Origin: Gemmatimonadota bacterium
Lineage (GTDB): Bacteria; Gemmatimonadota; Gemmatimonadetes; Palauibacterales; Palauibacteraceae
NCBI GenBank assembly: GCA_022825725.1
Contig: JAJDWE010000020.1
Location: forward strand, 6,578-70,577
Direction of reading: 5' to 3'
Length of the DNA: 64,000 bases
Positions 43,969-54,581 of this stretch are shown here, one piece after another. The notes beneath the pieces were generated by a model. That model saw only the letters and a list, made by a program, of their open reading frames with translations, had not been told where the DNA came from and did not search any database. The translations under genes and the position numbers were made by a program. Each line of letters opens with the position of its first letter. The stretch's first letter is position 1.

Positions 43969-44663
43969 CTCTCCCCCAGTAGCACCGTGCCGAGTCGCAC
44001 CCGCGTACTCCCCTCCTCGATCGCGATCTCGAAATCGTTGCTCATCCCCATCGAGAGCGCCTTGCCCTCAAAGTCCGGAATCTCCGCGCGGCAGCGTGCC
44101 AGCAGCCGCGCCGCGCCGCGAAACGCGGGCCGGACCACGGCCTCGTCCGCCGTAAACGGCGCCATCGTCATCAGCCCGGCCACCCGCAGGCCGGGCAGTT
44201 CACAGATCTCGGCCACGGCGTCGAGCGCCACGTCCGGGCCCAGGCCGGTCTTCGCCGCCTCCCCCGACGTGTTCACCTGCACGAGCACCTCGACCGGTTC
44301 GCGCCGTTCCTCTTCGACGATCCGGTTCAACGTGCTCGCGAGCCGCACGCTGTCCACCGACTCGACGACATCGAACAACCGGACCGCGCGCCGCGCCTTG
44401 TTGCGCTGCAGCCGACCGATCAGGTGCCACGCGACGCCGGGCGTCGGCCCCAGTTCCAACCGCTTGGCTTCGGCTTCCGGCACCCGGTTTTCGCCGATCC
44501 GGTCCACGCCGAGAGCCTTCACGATCTCGATTCCCCCGGCGGGATGTCCCTTCGTCACGGGGAGGATCTCGACGTCGCTTGCGCGCCGTCCGGCCCGCCT
44601 CGCCGCAGCCTCGATGCGCGCTGTCACCTCGGCCAGCCGGGCCTCGACCTGATCTTTCGTCAC
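43965..44663 (-). CDS. yggS: YggS-family pyridoxal-phosphate homeostasis protein (YlmE-like)
   Basis: About 232 aa from GTG 44663. TIM-barrel alanine-racemase-N-like fold with the PLP lysine in ILPVTKGHP and the conserved HLIGRLQRNK and MGMSNDFEIAIEEGST blocks. The track's longer start adds about 64 non-conserved residues. Start is uncertain. Confidence 0.85.
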   Translation of the reverse strand: MTKDQVEARLAEVTARIEAAARRAGRRASDVEILPVTKGHPAGGIEIVKALGVDRIGENRVPEAEAKRLELGPTPGVAWHLIGRLQRNKARRAVRLFDVVESVDSVRLASTLNRIVEEERREPVEVLVQVNTSGEAAKTGLGPDVALDAVAEICELPGLRVAGLMTMAPFTADEAVVRPAFRGAARLLARCRAEIPDFEGKALSMGMSNDFEIAIEEGSTRVRLGTVLLGER

Positions 44664-44738
44664 GCGGCACAGTCTACGGACCCGCGCCCGGCGATGCGAG
44701 CCATCCGCCGGGGGTCCGGACGGCACCCGCCGGACCGC

Positions 44739-44780
44739 AAAAAACGAGCGCCCGGCGTCGCTTTGGCGTCGCCGGGCGCT
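44739..44780 (-). terminator. Rho-independent terminator downstream of tonB
   Basis: Minus-strand RNA has a 15-bp GC-rich stem (AGCGCCCGGCGACGC / GCGACGCCGGGCGCU, one mismatch) with loop CAAA, followed by CGUUUUUU. It starts about 50 nt after the tonB stop. Confidence 0.7.
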
Positions 44781-44830
44781 TGCCGTCGCTTCAGTAGCTG
44801 TGCGACGGCTGGTGTCGTTGTCTCCCTGAT

Positions 44831-45490
44831 CTAGATCACCTGGAACGTCACCCACTGGGAGACCCAGACCGCCGTGACCTTGTCGCGGTTCTTCGCTGGC
44901 GTGAACCGCATCTCCTGCACGACTCTCCCCGCCGCCTCGTCGAGCAGGCCGTTACCCGAGGAGGTCTTCACTTCGAAATTCTCGACGGCTCCGCCTTCCG
45001 TCACGTAGAGCCAGAGTTCGACCCTGCCGCCGATGCCCGCATCCTTCAGCGTGCGCGGATACTCTCGCTCCAATATCTGTCGCACTTCCCCGGGATTCGT
45101 CATCACGGGAGGCGTGTCGTACGCGATGAAGGACGGCCGGTCCGCCGGACTCCCGGTCTCGGGAGGCGGGGGCAGGGCGTTATCCGTCGTGAACGACTCG
45201 AATGTCGTCTCCGCGATCGTGATGTCCTCGGAGATGTCGACCGAGGCGACCCGCGGGGTGGCCGGACGGGCGATCTGTTCCGGCGGCGGCGGGATCTTCA
45301 CCTCGGGCGGCAGCGCCACCGCCTCGATCTCATCGACCACGACCCCCAGGTCCGCCGCCTCGAACGGGCGGACGAGGACGAACAGCCCGAAGTGGAGCGT
45401 GACGGCAACCATCAACCCGATCTGCGTCCAGTTGGTGCTCGCCCGCTTGAACTGGTCGTTCGCGGTGAGCCGAATTCCGGTCTCTTCCAT
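44831..45490 (-). CDS. tonB: Energy transducer TonB
   Basis: 219 aa. N-terminal TM (IGLMVAVTLHFGLFVLV), a Pro-rich spacer (KIPPPPEQIARPATP) and the C-terminal TonB domain (GGRVELWLYVTEGGAVENFEV..). Confidence 0.8.
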   Translation of the reverse strand: MEETGIRLTANDQFKRASTNWTQIGLMVAVTLHFGLFVLVRPFEAADLGVVVDEIEAVALPPEVKIPPPPEQIARPATPRVASVDISEDITIAETTFESFTTDNALPPPPETGSPADRPSFIAYDTPPVMTNPGEVRQILEREYPRTLKDAGIGGRVELWLYVTEGGAVENFEVKTSSGNGLLDEAAGRVVQEMRFTPAKNRDKVTAVWVSQWVTFQVI

Positions 45491-45535
45491 CGTTTCTCTC
45501 CCGGTCTCCTGAAGCCCGTGGTGTGGCTGCTGCTG

Positions 45536-45982
45536 CTAGCGCCGAGCCCGCATCGCGCGCTGTTCGAGCCGCGTGGCGAAGGTCACGCGTACCGCGCCGG
45601 ACGCCTGCAGTTCTTCCGTAATCGTATTGATCTGCTGATAAGGCACTTCGGAGTCGCCGCGAATCGCGATCACGAGTTCACGGTTCTCCGCGTAGATCGG
45701 CCGAACGGTCTCCGAGATGTCCTCGAACGGCGTCAGCACGTCGTTGATCCAGACCGAACCGTCGCGCTGAACCCAGAGGTGGAGGATGTTCTGCCGCTTC
45801 TCGTCGATCTTCTCGGTGGCCTCGGCCGTCGTCCACTCGATCTGCCGGTTCCGGTCCTTCCGGAAGACGGTCGTGACCATGAAGAAGATGAGGAGGAGGA
45901 ACGCGATGTCCGCCATCGAAGAGGTCGGGATCGACCCGTCCGACCCGGACTTTTTCTTGAAGCCGCTGTCCTTGATGGCCAT
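45536..45982 (-). CDS. exbD: Biopolymer transport protein ExbD/TolR (paralog 2)
   Basis: 148 aa. The ExbD signature IPTSSMADIAFLLLIFFMVTT forms the TM helix, followed by a periplasmic domain. Confidence 0.85.
   Translation of the reverse strand: MAIKDSGFKKKSGSDGSIPTSSMADIAFLLLIFFMVTTVFRKDRNRQIEWTTAEATEKIDEKRQNILHLWVQRDGSVWINDVLTPFEDISETVRPIYAENRELVIAIRGDSEVPYQQINTITEELQASGAVRVTFATRLEQRAMRARR
45891..45932. repeat. 42-nt segment identical to 46325-46366 (copy A, within exbD paralog 2)
   Basis: AGGAGGAGGAACGCGATGTCCGCCATCGAAGAGGTCGGGATC occurs identically in both exbD paralogs. On the minus strand it encodes IPTSSMADIAFLLL. The flanking sequence is diverged. Confidence 0.8.
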
Positions 45983-46405
45983 CTAGTTCTCCATCTCCTG
46001 TAGCGAGATTCGCTCGGCGCCCGCCAGCTTCACCTCATCGAGCACGTTGACCATGTGACGGTAGGGCGCGTTGGGGTGGGTCTGAATGGCGGCGATGAGA
46101 TTCTCGTTGCCCGCCAGTTCGGTGCGCAGGATGTTCGCCACCTGCGTGTGCGCCACGACCTGTTCCTGTTCGCTCTCGCCCCGGCGCACGATGACGCGGC
46201 CGTCAGGCTGCACGATGAAGAAGATCAGGTTCCGCCCCGACACGTCCTGCTCCTCGGCCTGCTCCGGGAGCACGATCGGCAGTCCCCGTTCCTCGTTGAA
46301 CACCGTCGTCGTGAGGAAGAAGACCAGGAGGAGGAACGCGATGTCCGCCATCGAAGAGGTCGGGATCTCGTCCGACACCTTCTGCTTGCGCTTCATGATC
46401 GCCAT
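45983..46405 (-). CDS. exbD: Biopolymer transport protein ExbD/TolR (paralog 1)
   Basis: 140 aa. Same signature IPTSSMADIAFLLLVFFLTTT. Tandem to paralog 2 with a 0-nt gap. Confidence 0.85.
   Translation of the reverse strand: MAIMKRKQKVSDEIPTSSMADIAFLLLVFFLTTTVFNEERGLPIVLPEQAEEQDVSGRNLIFFIVQPDGRVIVRRGESEQEQVVAHTQVANILRTELAGNENLIAAIQTHPNAPYRHMVNVLDEVKLAGAERISLQEMEN
46325..46366. repeat. 42-nt segment identical to 45891-45932 (copy B, within exbD paralog 1)
   Basis: See copy A. Every nucleotide, including synonymous positions, is identical across 14 codons. Confidence 0.8.
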
Positions 46406-46453
46406 TTTGGACTTCTTTCTCCGTTTGTCGCTTCGATCTGCGACCCGGGCTCG

Positions 46454-47119
46454 TCAGCTCGCCTGCGCGCCCCGATCCTCGAGGTCCCAGATGAGCCCGA
46501 GCACCTCCTGCGCCCCTTCCTCCATGTCGAGGATGAGACGATCGATGCGGGTGACGAAAAAGTTGTAGCCGATGTTGACGGGGATCGCGATCGAGAGCCC
46601 CGTGGCGGTCGTGATGAGCGCCACCTTGATGCCGCCGGCGACGAGCCCCGGCTCGACCTGTCCCGCGATCTCGATGGCCTGGAAGGCGAGGATCATCCCG
46701 ATCACGGTTCCGAGGAAGCCGAGCATGGGGGCGACGTTGGCGATCGTGCCCAGAACCGTGAGGCCGCGCTCGAGGAAGTCGAGTTCGATCACGCCCGTCG
46801 TGGCGATCGCCTTCTGGATGTCCTTGCCGTCGGAGCGCGCCCCGCTGCCGCGGTCCCGGAGGCGGCGCAGTCCGGCGAGGAGGATCGCGGCGACGGGTCC
46901 CCGCGTTTCCTCGGCCGTCGTAATCGCTTCGCCCAGGCGGCCGCTCACTCCGAGGTTCTCGATCTCGTCGAGCAGCTTCCTCGAATCGCGGTGGGCGATC
47001 CACAGCGTCCACGCCTTGGCCAGCATCACGCCGATCGCGATCAGCGAGCAGAGGACGAGGGGGTACATCATGAACCCGCCATCGGTGAACAGAGTCAGCA
47101 ACTCGTACTGATTGCCCAT
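46454..47119 (-). CDS. exbB: MotA/TolQ/ExbB proton-channel protein
   Basis: 221 aa, three TM helices. The conserved C-terminal block is TIANVAPMLGFLGTVIGMILAF. Confidence 0.88.
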   Translation of the reverse strand: MGNQYELLTLFTDGGFMMYPLVLCSLIAIGVMLAKAWTLWIAHRDSRKLLDEIENLGVSGRLGEAITTAEETRGPVAAILLAGLRRLRDRGSGARSDGKDIQKAIATTGVIELDFLERGLTVLGTIANVAPMLGFLGTVIGMILAFQAIEIAGQVEPGLVAGGIKVALITTATGLSIAIPVNIGYNFFVTRIDRLILDMEEGAQEVLGLIWDLEDRGAQAS

Positions 47120-47178
47120 ATCGCCTGCCCGTGAGGGATTTGTCGCCCGATTCCCGGCCTGATCGTAACTCGAAAAGT

Positions 47179-48048
47179 TTAGGGGACGGACGGAGCCTCG
47201 TCAAACCGTTTGGGTCCATCCGGCCGATCCGCGGACTCCGCGTCGAGATCCGCGCCGGGGCGGCCCAGTTCGGGCGCCGGGACGTCGGCCGCCAGATGGT
47301 CCCGAAGCTGCTGCGGCGCCAGGTTCCTGCGCAGGACGCCGCGACGGGCCAGCGAAATCTGGCTGGTCTCCTCGGACACGACGACGACGTACGCGTCGGT
47401 CTCCTCGGAGAGGCCGAGCGTGGCCCGGTGCCGGGTCCCCAGCGTCCGGTCGCTGAGGGGGTACTGCGTGAGCGGGAGATGGACGCCGGCAGCCACGATC
47501 TGCCCGTCGCGCACGACGACCGCCCCATCGTGGAGGGGCGACTTGGGCGTGAACAGAGACACGAGCAGGCTGGACGACACATCGGCCCGAAGGCGCGTCC
47601 CCGTCTTCTCGATGTACTCTTCGAGGGACAGTTCACGTTCGATCGCGATGATCGCCCCCGTCCGGGTGCGGGACAGTTCCGCCGCCGCCTTCGCGATCTC
47701 ATCCGCGACCGCCTCGCTCCGCTCCTGCAGCCGGGTCAGCGCGCTCAGCACGCGGCTGCGGCCGATCCGGGCGAGCGCGTTCCGCAGCTCGGGGTGAAAG
47801 ACGACGATGAGCGCGAAGGCGCCGTAGGTGAAGGCCTGGGAAAGAATCGACCGGATGAGGTCGAGGCTGAGCCATCCCGCCGCCGCGTAGACCGCCGCGA
47901 GGAGGACGAGGCCGAACAGCATCTGGAACGCCCGGGTGCCGGACCAGAGGATGAGCACCCGGTAGATGAGGACCGCGACGACGGTGATCTCGAAGACGTC
48001 CAGAAGATCGATCTGCAGGAGGCCCAGGTAGTTCCAGAAAGCGTCCAT
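47179..48048 (-). CDS. cdaA: Diadenylate cyclase CdaA (membrane-anchored c-di-AMP synthase)
   Basis: About 289 aa from ATG 48048 (a TGATG overlap with the folP stop). Three N-terminal TM helices. DAC domain with DGA (HDGAVVV) and RHR (GTRHRATLGLSE) motifs. The track's 372-aa version overlaps folP. Confidence 0.85.
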   Translation of the reverse strand: MDAFWNYLGLLQIDLLDVFEITVVAVLIYRVLILWSGTRAFQMLFGLVLLAAVYAAAGWLSLDLIRSILSQAFTYGAFALIVVFHPELRNALARIGRSRVLSALTRLQERSEAVADEIAKAAAELSRTRTGAIIAIERELSLEEYIEKTGTRLRADVSSSLLVSLFTPKSPLHDGAVVVRDGQIVAAGVHLPLTQYPLSDRTLGTRHRATLGLSEETDAYVVVVSEETSQISLARRGVLRRNLAPQQLRDHLAADVPAPELGRPGADLDAESADRPDGPKRFDEAPSVP

Positions 48049-48965
48049 CACGTGCGGCCCCCAGCCGCGCGCGGGCGGGCGGACGGACGGGCGCCGTGGA
48101 CGACCCCGGGCCGGCGGGCCTCGATCGCACCCTCGACGTCGAGCGCCTGACGCATCTCGCGAACATCGTGCACGCGGAGCACATGGGCGCCGCGCCGCGC
48201 CGCAGCCAGACACGCGGCGACGGAGGCCGTGACGCGCTCGTCCGGCCCCACATCGAGCAGCGCCCCGAGAAAGGACTTGCGCGACGGGCCGACCCACACC
48301 GGCGCTCCGAGCGACGCGATCTCGTCGAGCCTGGCCAGCAGCTCGAGATTGCCGTCCAGCGACTTGCCGAAGCCGATTCCCGGGTCGACCGCGATCCGGT
48401 CCGGCTCGCAGCCCGCGTCGAGCGCCGCCCGCCGCGCCTCGGCGAGGGCGCCGCGGACCTCCGCCGCGACGTCGCCGTAATCGGTGTCGAGCTGCATGGT
48501 TCGGGGTGTGCCGCGCATGTGCATGAGGACGAGTCCCACGCCCGTCCGGGCCGCGAGCCCCGCCAGCGCGGGATCAGCGCGCAGGGCCGTCACGTCGTTG
48601 ATCGCCGAGGCGCCCGCGTCCACCGCCCGCTCCGCCACCTCGAGCTTGTGCGTATCCACGGAGACGGGGATCGGGAGGTCACGCAGTCCCAGGAGCACCG
48701 GTTCGAGCCGGGCCCACTCCTCGGCCGCCGGCACCGGGGCGGCGCCGGGGCGGGTGGACTCGGCTCCGATATCGAGGATCGCCGCCCCCTCCTCCGCGAT
48801 CTGCCGCCCCCGCGCGATCGCCTCGCGGGGCTCGTCGAACCGGCCGCCGTCCGAGAACGAATCGGGCGTGACGTTCAGTATCCCCGCGATGACGGGCGAT
48901 TGCAGGGAGATCTCGTGATCGCCCGTCCGCCAGGTGCGCTCCGGCCCGACCGCCGAGAGCCCCAT
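48048..48965 (-). CDS. folP: Dihydropteroate synthase FolP
   Basis: 305 aa. Pterin-binding TIM-barrel motifs (GILNVTPDSFSDGG, ILDIGAESTRPGA, DTHK.., DPGIGFGK). Confidence 0.9.
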   Translation of the reverse strand: MGLSAVGPERTWRTGDHEISLQSPVIAGILNVTPDSFSDGGRFDEPREAIARGRQIAEEGAAILDIGAESTRPGAAPVPAAEEWARLEPVLLGLRDLPIPVSVDTHKLEVAERAVDAGASAINDVTALRADPALAGLAARTGVGLVLMHMRGTPRTMQLDTDYGDVAAEVRGALAEARRAALDAGCEPDRIAVDPGIGFGKSLDGNLELLARLDEIASLGAPVWVGPSRKSFLGALLDVGPDERVTASVAACLAAARRGAHVLRVHDVREMRQALDVEGAIEARRPGVVHGARPSARPRAAGGRT

Positions 48966-48992
48966 CCGCGCCCCGTCAGCCCCGTAAGCCCG

Positions 48993-50993
<2,001 letters not shown>

Positions 50994-51054
50994 TTTGATC
51001 TATTCCGACCTGTTCCGGCTCCGATATCTCGCCTGCGGCCGTCCCGCGTACGGT

Positions 51055-51648
51055 TCACGTACGGGGACACGCGATAAACGGAAGGTGACGAAAATCCTCC
51101 CCGTGATCCAATCCATACCCCACAAGGAACTCATTTGGTGCATCGAAGCCAACCCACCGCGGCTCCCACTCGAGATCCGGCGCGATGCGCTTGTGGAGGA
51201 GCGCGCAGATCTCGACGGACGCGGGATCCCGATCGGCGATCCCGCCGCACAACTGGTTCAGCGTGGTGCCGCTGTCGACGATGTCCTCGACGATGATGAT
51301 GTGCCGGCCGGCCATCGGGGCCCGCGGATCGTAGAGCAGTTCCACGCTGCCCGAACTCTTCGTGCCCGCGCCGTAGCTCGACGCGACGAGGAAGTCGACC
51401 TGCAGCGGACGCCGGATCTGGCGGACCAGGTCGCCGAGGAACACGAACGACCCCTTGAGCAGTCCGAGCAGCAGGATATCGGCGTCCGGCGGGTACGCGG
51501 CGGCGATCTCCGCTCCCATGCCGGCGACGCGGGCCGCGATCTCCGACGCGGAGTAGACGATGCGTCCGAGCGGTTCGCCCCCGGTGTACTCCTCGAACTC
51601 ACGTTCCGCGGCTGTCATCGTGCCGGTCCCGGCGCTCTGTGAATCCAA
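51055..51648 (-). CDS. hpt: Hypoxanthine-guanine phosphoribosyltransferase
   Basis: 197 aa. PRPP-binding motif IIIVEDIVDSGTTL and the canonical tilS-hpt-ftsH neighbourhood. Confidence 0.9.
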   Translation of the reverse strand: MDSQSAGTGTMTAAEREFEEYTGGEPLGRIVYSASEIAARVAGMGAEIAAAYPPDADILLLGLLKGSFVFLGDLVRQIRRPLQVDFLVASSYGAGTKSSGSVELLYDPRAPMAGRHIIIVEDIVDSGTTLNQLCGGIADRDPASVEICALLHKRIAPDLEWEPRWVGFDAPNEFLVGYGLDHGEDFRHLPFIACPRT

Positions 51649-53044
51649 TGGCGAACCACGCTCCTCCGGAGTCGATCGGTTTCACCGCCACCCGGGAGTG
51701 TCCGGCCACCCACAGCACTTTCCGGTCGGCGTCCACGACGACCGGCACGCCCGCACGATCCGAGGCCGGCACGCGGCGCTCCATCAGGAGCTTCGCGACC
51801 TTTCGCGACCCGGCCCGCGTGCGGATCCGGTCTCCGGGTTTCGGCGCCCGTACACGGATCGGGAACCGGACCCTGTCGACGGGGAAGGCGGTCGCCCAGC
51901 GTTCCGTGCCCTCGAGGGCGCTCCAGCGCACCTCCCAGGCGCTCCCGCCGAGGCGGATCGGCCCCCGGCCCGCCCGCCGCGCCCGCGTCCGATCGATATC
52001 GAGTTCGCGGTCGAGCGGCACCTTTCGCGCGCGCCGCACATGAATCCGGTCGAACTCCCGCTCGACCCGCAGGCCCGCCGCGATGTCCACTCCGCGTCCG
52101 CTCTCCCCCGCGTCCAGGAAGGCTGCGCCCGTCCGGGTTCCGCGCCGGGACACCCGGAAACCCATGTCCCGGGCGACGTGCCGCAACATGCGTCCGCGAG
52201 CCGCCCGATCATACCCCAGCAATCGAGGCCGGGCAATTTGGGCTCCGTCGGCGCTTTCCCGGTATCCCGCGGCGGAGAGGAGCCGCCGGGCGGCCGCTTC
52301 CAGCCCGCCTTCGGCGACCAGGGCGTTCCGTCCGAGTTCCGCCAGCAGTGCGCGTACGGAGGGCTCCTCGGCGGCCAGCGCCGGGAGCAGCCCGTGCCGC
52401 ATCCGCGAGCGGCGGTAGCGGGGATTCCGGTTTGCGGGGTCTTCCGCCCACTCTCGTCCGGTGGCTCGCAGGTAGCCCCTCAGCTCCTCTCGCGCGAAGC
52501 CGAGCAGCGGGCGCACGAACGCGCCGCGGCGCGCGGGGATGCCGGCCAGCCCGCGAAAGCCGGGGCCGCGCAGGAGGTTCATCAATACCGTCTCCACATG
52601 GTCATCGCGCTGGTGTGCGAGGGCGACGCGATCCGCGCCGGCGCGACGCCGCGCCTCGGCCAGGAACGCGTATCGGGCCGCCCGCCACTCCGCCGGGCCG
52701 CCCGCGAGTCCGTTCGTCCGGCCCACGTCGCACGGCACTCCGGCCCGGCGGCAGATTTTCGCCGCCCTCGATGCCGACGCGGCGCTCTCCGGCTGGAGTC
52801 CATGGTCGAAATGGGCCGCGCTCAGCTTCAGCGGCCAGGACTCGCCGAGCGCGCGGAGAAGATGCAGGAGCGCGAGCGAGTCCGATCCGCCGGAGAAGGC
52901 CACGAGGACGCGCGAGCCTCGCGGCAGAAGTTCCGGAGCCGCCCGGAGCACACCCCGCAGGCGCGCGGCGACGCCGGCGCCCGGAGCTGACGGGGCTTCG
53001 GCGCGGGGCGTCAGGACTCTCCGTGAGGGGGGCGGTCGCGCCAC
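51599..53044 (-). CDS. tilS: tRNA(Ile)-lysidine synthetase TilS
   Basis: PP-loop SGGSDS (VLVAFSGGSDSLALL). An N-type ATP-pyrophosphatase domain plus a C-terminal substrate-binding domain. The 3' end overlaps the hpt start by 50 nt. The 5' boundary is uncertain (a long 50-aa pre-PP-loop region). Confidence 0.85.
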   Translation of the reverse strand: MARPPPSRRVLTPRAEAPSAPGAGVAARLRGVLRAAPELLPRGSRVLVAFSGGSDSLALLHLLRALGESWPLKLSAAHFDHGLQPESAASASRAAKICRRAGVPCDVGRTNGLAGGPAEWRAARYAFLAEARRRAGADRVALAHQRDDHVETVLMNLLRGPGFRGLAGIPARRGAFVRPLLGFAREELRGYLRATGREWAEDPANRNPRYRRSRMRHGLLPALAAEEPSVRALLAELGRNALVAEGGLEAAARRLLSAAGYRESADGAQIARPRLLGYDRAARGRMLRHVARDMGFRVSRRGTRTGAAFLDAGESGRGVDIAAGLRVEREFDRIHVRRARKVPLDRELDIDRTRARRAGRGPIRLGGSAWEVRWSALEGTERWATAFPVDRVRFPIRVRAPKPGDRIRTRAGSRKVAKLLMERRVPASDRAGVPVVVDADRKVLWVAGHSRVAVKPIDSGGAWFAIGFTERRDRHDDSRGT

Positions 53045-53258
53045 GCCGCGGGGCCGCGGCGGAAGTCCAGTTGCTCGGCCACGGAGACGCCGAACTTCGG
53101 TCGTGCCGGCAACTCCCCGAACGCGATTTCGCGCGGGGGCTCGCGAGAGGCGTCCGCGGAAGCCGCCTCGGATCGGCCGAGCTTGCGCCCGTGCTCCCAG
53201 ACGCGATCTCGCCCCGCGACGTATGCGCGCAGAGCGCCCGTGACGTCCCTGGATCCGC

Positions 53259-53816
53259 TCAAACCTCCATCACCTCCGCTTCCCTGCGCGCCAGCATCGC
53301 ATCGATCTTCTTCACGTACTCGTCGGTATGCGTCTGGACTTCGGCCATCGTGCGGCGGGCGATGTCTTCACCGACCTCCCCGTCCCGCTGCATCTTCAGG
53401 AGCCGGTCCCGCGCTTCGTGCCTCGCGTGCCGGATCGAGACCCGCCCCTCCTCCGCCATCCGGTGGAGGATCTTGACGAATTCGCGCCGGCGCTCCTCGG
53501 TCAGCGGTGGAATGGGGACCCGGACGACGGCGCCGTCCACCGAAGGGTTGAGCCCCAGGTCGCCGCTCTGGATCGCGCGCGCGACATCCCGGGCGATGTT
53601 CGGGTCGTACGGCTGCACCAGGAGCATCGTCGGCTCGGGGGCGCTGACGTTCGCCACCTGCCGCAGCTGCACGATGGACCCATACGCCTCGACTCTCACA
53701 CCGTCGAGGATCGCCGTCGTCGCCTTGCCCGTACGAACGGTGGCGAATTCCCGCGCGATCGCCTCGATCGCGCTCTCCATCGCCAGGACCGCATTCTCCA
53801 GCGTCTCCTCCGGCAC
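53259..53816 (-). CDS. frr: Ribosome recycling factor Frr
   Basis: 185 aa with GTG start. Conserved RRF blocks (VRTGKATTAILDGVRVEAYGS, RRDANE-like IRHARHEARD). Sits in the pyrH-frr arrangement. Confidence 0.93.
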   Translation of the reverse strand: MPEETLENAVLAMESAIEAIAREFATVRTGKATTAILDGVRVEAYGSIVQLRQVANVSAPEPTMLLVQPYDPNIARDVARAIQSGDLGLNPSVDGAVVRVPIPPLTEERRREFVKILHRMAEEGRVSIRHARHEARDRLLKMQRDGEVGEDIARRTMAEVQTHTDEYVKKIDAMLARREAEVMEV

Positions 53817-53844
53817 CGTCCCCTCCGATCAAAGGCCCTAATGC

Positions 53845-54528
53845 CTACGCGACGAGGGTTCCGATCCTCTCGCCCTGCAGCGCTGCCAGGATTGCACCCG
53901 GCCGCTTGATGTTCAAGACGACGATGGGCAGCGAGTTTTCCTTGCACAGGGAGATCGCTGCCGCGTCCATGACGCCGAGTTCGCGGGTCATCACCTCGAG
54001 ATAGCCGATCTCGTCGATGAGCGAGGCCTCCGGGTCGGTCTCCGGGTCCGCCGTGTACACGCCGTCGACCCGCGTCGCCTTCATGATCACGTCGGCTTCC
54101 ATCTCGATCGCCCGGAGCACGGCCGCCGTATCGGTGGAAAAATACGGATTTCCCGTACCTCCCGCGAAGATCACGACCCTGCTCTTCTCGAGATGGCGCA
54201 GCGCGCGGCGGCGGATGTAGGGCTCCGCGAGTTCCTCCATCCGGATGGCGGACATCACGCGGGTCTCCACGCCGGACTGTTCGAGCATGTCCTGGAGCGC
54301 CATCGCGTTGATCACGGTCGCGAGCATGCCCATGTAGTCCGCGCTCACCCGATCCATGCCGCGCGCGCTCGCCACGGTGCCGCGCATGATGTTCCCGCCG
54401 CCGACGACGAGCCCGAGGCTCACGCCGCTCCGGTGGACGCGACGGATTTCGTGCGTGAGTTCCTCGATGACCGGCGGGTCGATGCCGAACCCCCGGTTCC
54501 CGGCGAGCGACTCGCCGGAGAGCTTCAC
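53845..54528 (-). CDS. pyrH: UMP kinase PyrH (coordinates from the first canonical GTG; the conserved N-terminus continues upstream, see findings)
   Basis: KLSGESL P-loop, GGGN(I/F)RG, and C-terminal UMP and ATP sites ([23 protein letters not shown]). The in-frame upstream codons encode ELKYRRAL, which belongs to the conserved beta-1 strand but has no ATG, GTG or TTG before the preceding stop. Confidence 0.85.
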   Translation of the reverse strand: MKLSGESLAGNRGFGIDPPVIEELTHEIRRVHRSGVSLGLVVGGGNIMRGTVASARGMDRVSADYMGMLATVINAMALQDMLEQSGVETRVMSAIRMEELAEPYIRRRALRHLEKSRVVIFAGGTGNPYFSTDTAAVLRAIEMEADVIMKATRVDGVYTADPETDPEASLIDEIGYLEVMTRELGVMDAAAISLCKENSLPIVVLNIKRPGAILAALQGERIGTLVA

Positions 54529-54581
54529 GAGGGCGCGGCGATACTTCAGTTCGCCCGCGCCCCCGGGAATCCGGTCGGAAC

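Noticed and set aside
45906-45986. Antisense 26-codon ORF with a perfect AGGAGGAGGAA-N4-ATG inside exbD (and the equivalent 76-codon ORF at 46340-46568)
   Set aside because: The SD-ATG is the reverse complement of preferred codons for the conserved ExbD motif MADIAFLLL, so it is most likely coincidental. It is kept only as part of the exbD-repeat finding, not as a gene.
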